NCBI RefSeq assembly: GCF_003864975.1
Contig: NZ_BHGL01000028.1
Location: forward strand, 6,211-38,210
DNA length: 32,000 bases
Direction of reading: 5' to 3'
DNA from: Sulfuriferula thiophila
GTDB taxonomy: Bacteria; Pseudomonadota; Gammaproteobacteria; Burkholderiales; Sulfuriferulaceae
The notes under the pieces were generated by a model, which had not been told where the DNA came from, made no database searches, and saw only the letters and a list, made by a program, of their open reading frames with translations. A program made the translations under genes and the position numbers. Positions 8,714 through 20,612 of this stretch are shown here, one piece after another (the stretch's first letter is position 1; each line of letters opens with the position of its first letter).

Positions 8714-9706
8714 CTAGTAACTTCTTGATACCGCAAATTCCGCCAGGGCAATCAGACTTAGTTTGTATTGAGATTCAGGTAGAACAGCAATCGCAGCAAT
8801 TGCCAAATCAACTTCACGCTGCGCCTGCGAACGTGTGTAATCAAGCGCACCACTAACCTGAATGGCCGCCAGGATAGGCTCGAACACTTCCAGACCGCCA
8901 TTTTCAATCGCGTGACGCACCATCTTTGCCTGCTCCGCCGTACCATGCTTGAGCAAATACAACAAAGGCAGGGTGGGCTTGCCTTCAGCCAGATCATCGC
9001 CGACATTCTTGCCAATCTCGGTATGATCACCCGAATAATCGAGCACGTCATCGATCAATTGAAAGGCTGTGCCCAAGTGCATGCCGTAATGCGCCATAGC
9101 CTCCTCGGTAGCCGCATCCGCCCCACCCAGTATCGCACCTAAACGTACTGCAGCCTCAAACAGCTTGGCAGTCTTATAACGTATTACCTGCAAATAATCG
9201 TCTTCGCTGATATCGGCATCATTACAGTTCATCAACTGCAACACCTCACCCTCAGCAATAATATTGGTCGCATCGGACAACACGTCCATGACGCGCATTT
9301 GTCCCACCCCGACCATCATCTGGAATGCACGGGAATACAAAAAATCCCCCACCAGAACACTAGCGGCATTGCCAAACAACGCATTGGCGGTTTCACGCCC
9401 ACGCCGCAGACTGGATTCATCAACCACATCGTCATGCAATAAAGTAGCGGTATGAATAAACTCCACAACGGCAGCCAGTTCATAGTGATGTATGCCCTGG
9501 TAATCCAGTGCACCCGCAGATAACAACACCAGAGCCGGACGTAAGCGCTTGCCACCACTGGCGATGATATACTCCGAAACTTGGCTCACCAAAGCCACTT
9601 CCGAATGAAGCCGCGCACGGATTACTTCATCAACCCGCTGCATATCTGCCGCCAAAAACGCTTGAATTGCCTGCATTATCACTAACCGCTTGTCAAAATT
9701 GCTCAA
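8714..9706 (-). CDS. ispB: Octaprenyl-diphosphate synthase (trans-polyprenyl diphosphate synthase)
   Basis: 330 aa. It has the two Asp-rich motifs LLHDDVVDES and FQLIDDVLD. It is divergent from rplU, as in many proteobacteria. An alternative start at M11 (9676) is possible. Confidence 0.93.
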   Translation of the reverse strand: MSNFDKRLVIMQAIQAFLAADMQRVDEVIRARLHSEVALVSQVSEYIIASGGKRLRPALVLLSAGALDYQGIHHYELAAVVEFIHTATLLHDDVVDESSLRRGRETANALFGNAASVLVGDFLYSRAFQMMVGVGQMRVMDVLSDATNIIAEGEVLQLMNCNDADISEDDYLQVIRYKTAKLFEAAVRLGAILGGADAATEEAMAHYGMHLGTAFQLIDDVLDYSGDHTEIGKNVGDDLAEGKPTLPLLYLLKHGTAEQAKMVRHAIENGGLEVFEPILAAIQVSGALDYTRSQAQREVDLAIAAIAVLPESQYKLSLIALAEFAVSRSY

Positions 9707-9744
9707 TAGTAGGTAGGCAGGATACTTTAGTCAAGGGCATACAA

Positions 9745-9797
9745 GAAAGCACTGATTTAATCAAACATGGATTGCATTTGATTAAATCAGTGCTTTC
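9745..9797. repeat. Perfect 21-bp inverted repeat (11-nt spacer) in the ispB/rplU divergent intergenic region
   Basis: GAAAGCACTGATTTAATCAAA (9745-9765) is the exact reverse complement of TTTGATTAAATCAGTGCTTTC (9777-9797). The spacer is CATGGATTGCA. Each arm also contains the sub-palindrome TGATT-T-AATCA. Confidence 0.9.
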
Positions 9798-9809
9798 CTA
9801 AACTAAGGT

Positions 9810-9838
9810 TTGACGTTTGCTATTGATTTCTTTATAAT
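9810..9838 (+). promoter_or_regulatory. Near-consensus sigma-70 promoter for rplU-rpmA(-obg-proB)
   Basis: TTGACG (9810-9815), a 17-nt spacer, then TATAAT (9833-9838). It lies about 39 nt upstream of the rplU ATG. Confidence 0.7.
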
Positions 9839-9876
9839 TCCGCGCTTCCCTCTAGTTTAGAAGTTTGGAGCTCACC

Positions 9877-10188
9877 ATGTATGCGGTCATAAAAACCGGC
9901 GGCAAGCAGTATCGCGTTATCGCTGGCGAAAAAATTAAAGTAGAACAGATCACCGCGGACGTTGGCAGCGAAATTGTGTTGGACCAAGTGTTTATGGTTG
10001 CCGATGGCGACGATATCAAGGTCGGCGCACCGCTTGTTAACGGCGCAAAGGTCACAGCCACCGTCCTGTCTCACGGTCGTCACGACAAAGTTAAGATCTT
10101 TAAAATGCGTCGTCGCAAGCACTACCAAAAGCATCAAGGGCATCGTCAAAATTACACTGAAATCCAGATCAGCGGCATTTCAGCTTAA
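9877..10188 (+). CDS. rplU: 50S ribosomal protein L21
   Basis: [14 protein letters not shown]... is the canonical L21 N-terminus. The track ORF starts at TTG 9865. ATG 9877 has GGAG 6 nt upstream. Confidence 0.97.
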   Translation: MYAVIKTGGKQYRVIAGEKIKVEQITADVGSEIVLDQVFMVADGDDIKVGAPLVNGAKVTATVLSHGRHDKVKIFKMRRRKHYQKHQGHRQNYTEIQISGISA

Positions 10189-10199
10189 GGAGATAAACC

Positions 10200-11641
<1,442 letters not shown>

Positions 11642-11646
11642 TCCCC

Positions 11647-12771
11647 ATGAAACCGGCCCTGCTCTCAGCGCAACGCATCGTCATCAAAGTAGGCAGCGCG
11701 ATTGTCACCAATGACGGTCGTGGCCTTGATCATACTGCACTGGCAAACTGGTCATCCCAGATAGCCCAGCTGATGGCACTGGGCAAGGAAGTCATTCTGG
11801 TCTCCAGCGGTGCTGTAGCCGAAGGCATGCAACGACTGGGCTGGACGCAACGCCCAAGCAGTATCCATGAGCTGCAAGCCGCCGCCGCAGTTGGCCAGAT
11901 GGGTCTGGTACAGGCCTATGAAACCAGCTTCCGCCAGCATCAAATCCATACCGCACAAGTCCTGCTCACCCACGAAGATCTGGCTGACCGCACCCGTTAC
12001 CTGAATGCGTTATCAACACTGCGCACATTATTGAAGCTGAAAGTCGTACCCATCATCAACGAGAACGACACCGTGGTGACTGACGAGATCCGTTTTGGTG
12101 ATAACGACACGCTGGGTGCGCTGGTCGCCAACCTGATTGAAGCAGATGCGCTGGTCATACTCACTGATCAGGCCGGTTTATATACTGCTGACCCACGCCA
12201 GCATCCAGAAGCAACACTGGTAAGCCAGGCGCAAGCGGGCGATCTCACACTGGAAAAAATGGCAGGTGGAGCGGGTAGCGGCATCAGTCGTGGCGGCATG
12301 CTCACCAAGATACTCGCTGCCAAGCGCGCTGCACGCAGCGGTGCACACACCATTATCGCCTCAGGACGCGAAGCCAATGTGCTGGTGCGACTGGCCCAAG
12401 GCGAAGCCATAGGCACGCAGCTCATCGCCGCCAACACACCATTATCCGCACGCAAAACCTGGCTGGCAGACCATCTGCAAGTGCGCGGCAAGCTGATCGT
12501 TGATGCGGGTGCCGCTAAAGCGCTCAGCATTGACGGCAAAAGCCTGTTACCAATAGGGGTGATTGCAGTTGAGGGGGATTTTGCCCGGGGTGAGGTTGTC
12601 GCCTGCGTCACCGCTGATGGCGCACTCATTGCCCGCGGCCTGGTGAATTATGCCGCCAATGAAGCACGGCGTATCACAGGTTTGCCTACTGGTCAGATTG
12701 AAGCTGCATTGGGTTATATTGATGAAGCGGAATTAATCCATCGGGATAATCTGGTGGCTTTATCTTCCTGA
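11647..12771 (+). CDS. proB: Glutamate 5-kinase (with C-terminal PUA domain)
   Basis: 374 aa. It has [11 protein letters not shown], the amino-acid kinase fold motifs and a PUA-like C-terminus ([13 protein letters not shown]...GEVV). The obg-proB linkage is conserved. Confidence 0.96.
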   Translation: MKPALLSAQRIVIKVGSAIVTNDGRGLDHTALANWSSQIAQLMALGKEVILVSSGAVAEGMQRLGWTQRPSSIHELQAAAAVGQMGLVQAYETSFRQHQIHTAQVLLTHEDLADRTRYLNALSTLRTLLKLKVVPIINENDTVVTDEIRFGDNDTLGALVANLIEADALVILTDQAGLYTADPRQHPEATLVSQAQAGDLTLEKMAGGAGSGISRGGMLTKILAAKRAARSGAHTIIASGREANVLVRLAQGEAIGTQLIAANTPLSARKTWLADHLQVRGKLIVDAGAAKALSIDGKSLLPIGVIAVEGDFARGEVVACVTADGALIARGLVNYAANEARRITGLPTGQIEAALGYIDEAELIHRDNLVALSS

Positions 12772-12788
12772 TTCAGCCGGTATAACGC

Positions 12789-13439
12789 TCAGTTCCCTGC
12801 AATTTTCACACTGCCCGTTTGTTGTACTGTCTGCACACCCGGAGTATATGACCAGTGGCGTTTCCACGCCCCCACTACCATGGTAGGGTATTCCGGCTTG
12901 CCCAGGCTGCCGTTATAACGGCCTAATGCACGATACAGATCGCCCTTTTCTATATCCAGATACAAGCGCAGAATATTGCAGCCATAACGCAGATTAGTAC
13001 GCAGGTGGAATAAATCCTGATCCGGTGTACCAATAGTCTTGGTCCAGAACGGCATTACCTGCATATAGCCGCGCGCAGCCACACTGGAAACCGCATACTT
13101 CTTGAAACCCGACTCGACCTCAATCAGACCCAACACCAATTCCGGATCAAGACCAGCACGTGTCGCCTCATAATGCACTGTATTGAGAAAATCAATACGC
13201 TGCTCCGGGTCGGGCATGCGTTTGGCAAGACGTCTGGACATCTCTGACAACCATGCCTGACCTTCTGCATTGTTCATGTAGCTGACATTCGTCACCGGCG
13301 CATCTGAAACCGCTTTGCTCAACGCCGCGCGCACACTCGCCGCCATCGGCTCATAGAGCTGATGGCCTGCATGCGCGCTGGTGGCCACAGCGCATAACGC
13401 CATTAGCAGCCACCCTGATCTGAGAAAGTGTAGAGTCAT
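12789..13439 (-). CDS. Periplasmic lytic transglycosylase (SLT domain)
   Basis: 216 aa. The signal peptide ends ATSAHA|G. The SLT catalytic block is [26 protein letters not shown]. Its start overlaps the proS stop (ATGA). Confidence 0.85.
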   Translation of the reverse strand: MTLHFLRSGWLLMALCAVATSAHAGHQLYEPMAASVRAALSKAVSDAPVTNVSYMNNAEGQAWLSEMSRRLAKRMPDPEQRIDFLNTVHYEATRAGLDPELVLGLIEVESGFKKYAVSSVAARGYMQVMPFWTKTIGTPDQDLFHLRTNLRYGCNILRLYLDIEKGDLYRALGRYNGSLGKPEYPTMVVGAWKRHWSYTPGVQTVQQTGSVKIAGN

Positions 13440-15136
13440 TTACCTAATATCTTGCTTAAAAAAACGTTAATTTCAGCAACAGGCACATTCGTCGCTGCAG
13501 CGTCAGTGCGACCCTGATATTCGACTATAGCATCTTTTAAACCGCGTTCGCCAATCACCACCCGATGCGGTATACCGATCAACTCCATATCGGCGAACAT
13601 CACCCCAGGGCGTTCATTCCGGTCATCCAGCAACACATCCACCCCTGCGGCTAACAGTTCATTGTATAGGTTATCGGCAGCTTCGCGCACAACTTCACTC
13701 TTCTGGTAGCCAACAGGCACAATAGCCACCGCAAAAGGCGCCAGCGCCGCAGGCAAGGTCATGCCGCGCGCATCAAAATTCTGTTCAATCGCAGCCGCGA
13801 CAATGCGTGACACACCGATACCATAACAACCCATCTCTGCGACCTGAGATTTGCCATTTTCGTCCAGATACTGACACGCCATCGCTTCCGAGTACTTGGT
13901 ACGCAACTGGAAGATATGGCCAACTTCGATACCACGGCAGATCGCCAGCACACCCTTGCCATCCGGGCTCGGATCACCCGCTACCGCATTACGGATATCC
14001 GCCACTTCAGGCTCTGGCAAATCACGACCGAAATTCACTCCGGTCAAATGATAACCATCGGCATTCGCACCGCAGACAAAATCATTCATCAAGGCCACAC
14101 TGCGGTCTGCAATCACCCGTATTTTCAGCCCCACCGGACCAATCGACCCTGGCGCGCAACCCGCCACCTCACGCACGATGATGTCACTGGCAAAACGCAC
14201 TTCCTGACCTATCAATTTAGCCGCTTTGACCTCATTCAGCTGATGATCACCGCGCACCAGCAATGCAACCGCACCATGCTCACCTTCCACAATCAAGGTT
14301 TTGACCATGCGATCGGGAGAAATATTCAACATAGCCACCACTTCATCGATACTGTGTTTGCCCGGTGTAGGCACCTGAGTCATCACCGCACTCGCCGCCG
14401 CTCGTGGCGTATCCGCCATCACCGCTTCAGCCAGCTCCACGTTGGCGGCATATTCGGAATCAGGGCAATACGCAATCGCGTCTTCACCGGAATCCGCCAG
14501 CACATGGAACTCATGCGATCCTGAACCGCCAATCGCACCGGTGTCTGCTGCCACGGCACGGAACTGCAAGCCCAGTCGAGTAAACACACGACTGTAAGCC
14601 GCATACATGGTCTGATACGTCTGCTCCAGACTGGCGAAATCAGCGTGGAAGGAATATGCATCCTTCATCATGAATTCACGGGCACGCATTACGCCGAAAC
14701 GCGGACGGATCTCGTCGCGGAATTTGGTCTGTATCTGATAGAAATTCAGCGGCAGCTGGCGGTAACTCTTGATTTCGCGGCGTGCGATATCGGTGATTAC
14801 TTCTTCATGGGTAGGCCCAAAGCAGAAACTACGCTCATGACGATCAGTGATTTTCAACATTTGCGGGCCGAATACATCCCAGCGCCCGGTTTCCTGCCAC
14901 AACTCGGCTGGCTGCACGGCAGGCATCAGCAATTCCATTGCTCCGGCACGATTCATCTCATCACGCACGATCGCTTCCACCTTGCGCAATACCCGCAAGC
15001 CTAAAGGCATCCAGGTATATAAGCCAGAGCCAAGACGCTTAATAAAACCAGCCCGCAACATGAGACGATGACTGATTAATTCGGCCTCTGCAGGCGCCTC
15101 TTTAAGGGTAGAAAGAAAAAATTGTGATACGCGCAT
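13436..15136 (-). CDS. proS: Prolyl-tRNA synthetase (bacterial type with INS editing domain)
   Basis: 566 aa. Class II motifs are present, for example [25 protein letters not shown]. Length and layout are typical of bacterial ProRS. Confidence 0.98.
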   Translation of the reverse strand: MRVSQFFLSTLKEAPAEAELISHRLMLRAGFIKRLGSGLYTWMPLGLRVLRKVEAIVRDEMNRAGAMELLMPAVQPAELWQETGRWDVFGPQMLKITDRHERSFCFGPTHEEVITDIARREIKSYRQLPLNFYQIQTKFRDEIRPRFGVMRAREFMMKDAYSFHADFASLEQTYQTMYAAYSRVFTRLGLQFRAVAADTGAIGGSGSHEFHVLADSGEDAIAYCPDSEYAANVELAEAVMADTPRAAASAVMTQVPTPGKHSIDEVVAMLNISPDRMVKTLIVEGEHGAVALLVRGDHQLNEVKAAKLIGQEVRFASDIIVREVAGCAPGSIGPVGLKIRVIADRSVALMNDFVCGANADGYHLTGVNFGRDLPEPEVADIRNAVAGDPSPDGKGVLAICRGIEVGHIFQLRTKYSEAMACQYLDENGKSQVAEMGCYGIGVSRIVAAAIEQNFDARGMTLPAALAPFAVAIVPVGYQKSEVVREAADNLYNELLAAGVDVLLDDRNERPGVMFADMELIGIPHRVVIGERGLKDAIVEYQGRTDAAATNVPVAEINVFLSKILGK

Positions 15137-15225
15137 GGTATAAACTATCCAGTTATTCGTAAAATAGCTAATTTTAACCCAGAAACCGCGATTAAACTTG
15201 GCGGATTCAACATGAAAGCACCCTG

Positions 15226-16002
15226 ATGCGATTTTTCAACCGCCGCATACATAAAGCCGTTTCTGATCTGGACACCGTAGAAGTCAGTGAACAAAAAGGC
15301 GTCCGCTACCTGCACCTTGGCAACGATACCGTCCAGTCAGCCATGCGCATTTCCGCACCCAATGCGCTGGAGCTTACTTATACCCAGGCCATGCTGGGAT
15401 TCCTGTTGCTGACCGACACACCCGCCAATGCCCTGCTGATCGGGCTGGGTGGCGGCTCGCTGACCAAATTTCTGTATCACCAGTATCCAGACATGCAACT
15501 CACCGCTGTCGAGATCAATCCTAAGGTTATCCAGACCGCACGCCAGTTTTTTTCCGTCCCGGAAAATGACGAACGCTTATCCGTAGTGCAAGCCGATGCC
15601 GCCGAATTCATGGTCGATCAGGCAGGCTGGGATTGCATTTTGCTCGATGGTTTTGATGCCGCATTTCAGGTTGAGGCGCTCGCCAGCGAGAGTTTCTATA
15701 GCCGCTGCGCGCAGGCACTTTCCCCCACTGGGATCCTGTCTGTCAATTTATGGGGCAGCGATCCTAAATTCGATATCTACCTGCAACGCCTCACCGAAAC
15801 GTTTGAGCAGCGCATCATGTGCTTACCGGCCGAAAAACGCGGCAACGTCATTGTCTTCGCTTTTGCCGCGCAACCAAGCATTCCATCCAGGGCCATCCTG
15901 CAACAGCGTGCCAAACAGCTCAAAGCCCAGTTAGGTTTGCCTTTTGTGGACTTTCTTGAACGCCTGCGGACCACTTCCGGCAATACTGACTTCTTCGACT
16001 AG
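15226..16002 (+). CDS. Spermidine-synthase-like class I SAM-dependent methyltransferase-fold protein
   Basis: 258 aa. It has the GxGxG nucleotide-binding block [18 protein letters not shown] and ILLDGFD, laid out as in the PABS/spermidine synthase fold. The specific function is not assignable from sequence alone. Confidence 0.65.
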   Translation: MRFFNRRIHKAVSDLDTVEVSEQKGVRYLHLGNDTVQSAMRISAPNALELTYTQAMLGFLLLTDTPANALLIGLGGGSLTKFLYHQYPDMQLTAVEINPKVIQTARQFFSVPENDERLSVVQADAAEFMVDQAGWDCILLDGFDAAFQVEALASESFYSRCAQALSPTGILSVNLWGSDPKFDIYLQRLTETFEQRIMCLPAEKRGNVIVFAFAAQPSIPSRAILQQRAKQLKAQLGLPFVDFLERLRTTSGNTDFFD

Positions 16003-16080
16003 ACACTTATGCAGCAAAACTCCAACAATACTGCGCCAAATTCTGCTATATTCGCGCGATAATAAATTACAGGAGGTAAC

Positions 16081-16476
16081 ATGGAAGATTTATTCTCTGA
16101 AGCTTGGGCTAAGCGTTTCACAAACAAATGGAACAACAATACCGAGATAGTGGAACAATTAGCCGCAGCGAATTTCGACTCAGTCGTGGCCTTTGGGTAC
16201 CTGGATCACCCAACACCCGAAGTACTGATAGAAATCACTCAGGGCCGTATTACCAATACCCGACGTTGTGAATCTGACAACAGTCAGACACCCGATTGGG
16301 ACTTGCGTGCGAAACCAGAGCAATGGGAAAAGTGGCGTGGCAATGGTCCTGGCATTACCGGCCTGGGTGTAGCCGTAACCAGTCGCCAACTGCAATTTGT
16401 TGCCGGAGATTATCGCCGGATGATACGCCAGCCCTTGCTGGCAGGGCCTTTTCTCAAGTTTTTTACTTTCCTGTAA
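16081..16476 (+). CDS. SCP2 (sterol-carrier-protein-2)-like domain protein
   Basis: 131 aa with a strong AGGAGG SD. The pattern LFSEAW...FTNKWNNN... DWDLRAKPEQWEKW... LQFVAGDYRRM resembles SCP2-fold proteins as I remember them. This is a weak, pattern-only call. Confidence 0.5.
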   Translation: MEDLFSEAWAKRFTNKWNNNTEIVEQLAAANFDSVVAFGYLDHPTPEVLIEITQGRITNTRRCESDNSQTPDWDLRAKPEQWEKWRGNGPGITGLGVAVTSRQLQFVAGDYRRMIRQPLLAGPFLKFFTFL

Positions 16477-16982
16477 TTCTGCACATTAAATACAGGAATT
16501 TGGTTAAACAAAGCTACTCATGTTCAATATTTGAAGAATGTGCATTCCGACTTGTGACCATTTTCAAAATTATTTTCTTTGAAATTTGATAAATAGCGTT
16601 TTCTTGGAACTATAGTGCCTCTCCATAGCTGTTTATCTTGGAAAAATGAAAATGGCAACAACTCAGACACAAAAAATCAACCATTGACGATCTTTACTGT
16701 GACATTTTGCACCTAAACAAAATACATTGTCCTCCGACTCGCCGCCCCGTTCTGCAAATTTGCATTACGTCAGACTGAATTCGACCCCATTTCCCCATCG
16801 ACATCATATTTGTGGACAGTTTTCGCAAAGCATTCAGATTGCCGAGCAATGCTAACGCTTAATTCACCTTTCACCACTTAAAAACACAAGACAGTTAACT
16901 AGAAATTTGCTGTGATGGTCATTCCTATACGAATTATCAATTACGCACCTCAATATACACGGCATTCATCAAATATCTGTTG

Positions 16983-17016
16983 TTGTCATTTCCGTGTAAT
17001 AAACCTCAGTTACTAT
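16983..17016 (+). promoter_or_regulatory. Candidate Pho box plus -10 element upstream of ptxA
   Basis: TTGTCAT-TTCC-GTGTAAT (16983-17000) matches 12/18 positions of the E. coli Pho-box consensus CTGTCATAWAWCTGTCAY. After 10 nt comes TACTAT (17011-17016), the same spacing as in phoA-type promoters. It lies about 65 nt upstream of ATG 17080. Confidence 0.3.
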
Positions 17017-17079
17017 AACCCATCAATTTAATTTTGTAATCGAAGAGCAACCTTGATCACAAACAGTAAGGATGAGGCC

Positions 17080-17868
17080 ATGATTAAACTTAATAATGTT
17101 TCAGTGCAGTTCGGCAATGTTGTTGCGCTACAACCTACGTCCATCGAATTGCATCAAGGACAATTTACCGTCTTACTGGGGGCATCCGGTGCAGGTAAAT
17201 CAACTTTGCTACGCTGCCTTAATTTGATGTGTAAACCCCATGCTGGCAACGTTAATGTCGCAGGTCTTGGCAATCTTGATGACCGAAAGACCTTGCAGAC
17301 CCACCGTCGTCAAACTGGCATGATATTCCAGCAACACCAATTGATCGGTCGTCACACAGCGCTCCAAAACGTGCTGATGGGACGCTTAGGTTATCACTCA
17401 ACGTTCCGTAGCCTGTTTCCGTTGTCTCATAAAGAGCAAACCATTGGGCTACAAAGTTTGGAACGGGTTGGTTTGCTGCATAAAGCGCAATCACGCATTG
17501 ATCAACTGAGCGGTGGTCAACAGCAGCGTGTCGGCATTGCACGAGCCCTGGCGCAACAGCCACTTTTGATCTTAGCCGATGAACCTGTTGCAAGTCTCGA
17601 TCCTGCAACCGCTGATAAAGTTTTGGCGTTGTTACATCAGATTTGTAAGGAAGACGGCATATCTGCCGTCATCAGTCTGCATCAGGTTGATCTTGCTAAA
17701 CGCTATGCAGATCGAATTATTGGCTTAGCTCACGGCAGTATCGTGTTTGATGCGGCACCGCATGAATTGACCACGACTCATGCGGCTGAACTGTACGAAC
17801 AAAAAAAATCAATTGTTACGTCACATGCTGTACCAACCAGACTCAACGTTCAACTTACTTCCGCTTAA
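17080..17868 (+). CDS. ptxA: Phosphite/phosphonate ABC transporter ATP-binding protein (PtxA/PhnC type)
   Basis: Walker [10 protein letters not shown], signature LSGGQQQR and Walker B LILADEP are present. The track ORF starts at TTG 17053. I prefer ATG 17080, which is preceded by AAGGATGAGG. It is the first gene of a PtxD-containing operon. Confidence 0.85.
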   Translation: MIKLNNVSVQFGNVVALQPTSIELHQGQFTVLLGASGAGKSTLLRCLNLMCKPHAGNVNVAGLGNLDDRKTLQTHRRQTGMIFQQHQLIGRHTALQNVLMGRLGYHSTFRSLFPLSHKEQTIGLQSLERVGLLHKAQSRIDQLSGGQQQRVGIARALAQQPLLILADEPVASLDPATADKVLALLHQICKEDGISAVISLHQVDLAKRYADRIIGLAHGSIVFDAAPHELTTTHAAELYEQKKSIVTSHAVPTRLNVQLTSA

Positions 17869-17875
17869 TCTTTAA

Positions 17876-18754
<879 letters not shown>

Positions 18755-18772
18755 CTATTGGGGTACATATCC

Positions 18773-19570
18773 ATGCAAGCTGATTTTGATTTGATATTAA
18801 CACAGCAACAACGCACTTGGAACCGATCAACAATACAGATTGCGTGGGTATTAGCGATTATCATTGGCTCTTGGTACTACGTGGGCTTATTTGATACAGA
18901 GCGTTTGAGCGAGGGTGTACCGAGTTTGTTCAGTCTGATTGGAGAAATGATGCCACCAGATTTTACTCAGGTCAGCACCTGGGTAAAACCACTGATCGAC
19001 ACTTTGGCCATGAGTATTGCAGGGACAGCTATTGCGGTGTTGTTTTCGATTCCTTTAGGTATTTTAGCAGCCCGTAATACTAGCCCACATCCAGTTATTT
19101 ATCATATGGCGCGTTCGTTGTTGAATGGCTTACGCTCGATTCCCGAACTTATCATGGGGATTATATTTGTGGCAGCAGTTGGTTTTGGAGCTCTGCCTGG
19201 TGTATTGGCATTGGGTTTACATTCCATCGGCATGGTTGCCAAATTTTTTTCCGAAGCGATTGAACACGCCGATCAAGCGCCAGTAGAAGCTGCGCGAGCA
19301 GCTGGTTGCAGCCCGTTGCAAGTAATTTTTCACGGCATTTTCCCGCAGGTGTTGCCGCAAATGGCAGATACGGCTATTTATCGTTGGGAATATAACTTTC
19401 GCGCATCAACAGTGATGGGTATGGTCGGTGCAGGCGGTATCGGATTTGAATTGATGGGTTCTTTGCGCATCATGCAATATCAAGAAGTATCGGCGATTTT
19501 AATCGTTATATTAGCCATGGTTACGCTGGTTGATGCATTCAGCTCCTTTTTAAGACGAAAATTCAAGTAA
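18773..19570 (+). CDS. ptxC: Phosphite/phosphonate ABC transporter permease (PtxC/PhnE type)
   Basis: Polytopic, with an EAA-loop-like [13 protein letters not shown] typical of the PhnE family. The track ORF starts at TTG 18758. ATG 18773 is preferred. Confidence 0.85.
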   Translation: MQADFDLILTQQQRTWNRSTIQIAWVLAIIIGSWYYVGLFDTERLSEGVPSLFSLIGEMMPPDFTQVSTWVKPLIDTLAMSIAGTAIAVLFSIPLGILAARNTSPHPVIYHMARSLLNGLRSIPELIMGIIFVAAVGFGALPGVLALGLHSIGMVAKFFSEAIEHADQAPVEAARAAGCSPLQVIFHGIFPQVLPQMADTAIYRWEYNFRASTVMGMVGAGGIGFELMGSLRIMQYQEVSAILIVILAMVTLVDAFSSFLRRKFK

Positions 19571-19602
19571 TCGACATAATAACCAATAGCATTGGAAAAT
19601 AT

Positions 19603-20607
19603 ATGAAACCAAAAATTGTACTTACTCATTGGGTCCACCCCGAAATCATCGACTATCTGCAAACCACCGCAACTGTTATACCAAATACTACGCGCGAGAC
19701 ACTTCCGCGCGAAGAATTACTGTTGCGCTCCAAGGATGCTGACGCGCTGATGGTGTTCATGCCTGACAGAATTGATGCCGATTTTCTTGATGCTTGCCCA
19801 CAACTAAAAATTATTGGTGCTGCGCTCAAGGGTTATGATAATTTAGACGTCGAAGCATGTACCCAACGTGGAATATGGCTCAGCATCGTACCTGATTTAC
19901 TTACTATCCCAACTGCGGAATTGACGATTGGCTTGTTGTTGGGTTTGACAAGACATATGCTGGAGGGTGATCGTCACATCCGTAGTGGCAGTTTCCATGG
20001 TTGGCGTCCAGAATTGTACGGCATCGGGCTGACAGGTCGTACAATTGGCATTATCGGTATGGGTGCAGTGGGGCAAGCGATTGCAAAACGGCTGTCGGGT
20101 TTTGATATGAAAATAGTTTACAGTGACAACATCGCATTGCCTGTTAATCAGGAACAAGCATGGAATGCTCGTCACGTAAGTCTGGAAGAGCTGTTGGCTA
20201 TTAGCAACTTTGTAGTACCGATGGTACCAATGACACCACAAACGCTACACTTAATTAACGCCGATGCCATCGATAAAATGCAGCCTGGCAGCTATCTCAT
20301 TAATGCCTGCCGTGGTTCGGTGGTTGATGAGCAAGCTGTCATAAATGCATTGCACACAGGGCAACTAAACGGTTATGCAGCCGATGTATTCGAGATGGAG
20401 GAATGGTCTCGATCTGGCAGACCAGGCAGTATTCCGAGTGCCTTACTTGACAATACCAAGCAGACTTTTTTCACGCCTCACATAGGCTCGGCGGTCAACG
20501 AGGTACGAATAGAGATCGAGCGGCAAGCGGCGGAAAATATCATCCAGGCACTGGCAGGAGAAAAACCCGTTGGTGCAATCAACAGCCCTGCATTTTCGAG
20601 GGTATAA
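19603..20607 (+). CDS. ptxD: NAD-dependent phosphite (phosphonate) dehydrogenase
   Basis: 334 aa of the D-2-hydroxyacid dehydrogenase fold. It is collinear, from memory, with P. stutzeri WM88 PtxD. Shared blocks are [36 protein letters not shown] (GxGxxG), [31 protein letters not shown] and [17 protein letters not shown]. Confidence 0.9.
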   Translation: MKPKIVLTHWVHPEIIDYLQTTATVIPNTTRETLPREELLLRSKDADALMVFMPDRIDADFLDACPQLKIIGAALKGYDNLDVEACTQRGIWLSIVPDLLTIPTAELTIGLLLGLTRHMLEGDRHIRSGSFHGWRPELYGIGLTGRTIGIIGMGAVGQAIAKRLSGFDMKIVYSDNIALPVNQEQAWNARHVSLEELLAISNFVVPMVPMTPQTLHLINADAIDKMQPGSYLINACRGSVVDEQAVINALHTGQLNGYAADVFEMEEWSRSGRPGSIPSALLDNTKQTFFTPHIGSAVNEVRIEIERQAAENIIQALAGEKPVGAINSPAFSRV

Positions 20608-20612
20608 GCCTC

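Noticed and set aside
13916-14524. 202-aa ORF antisense to proS
   Set aside because: It is a shadow ORF inside proS with no family resemblance.
16590-17052. Small ORFs in the ptx leader, e.g. MKMATTQTQKINH at about 16646 (plus strand) and a ~35-codon GTG-initiated minus-strand ORF at about 16775-16880
   Set aside because: They have no SD, a non-canonical start or very short length, and no recognisable family features. I cannot support them as genes.
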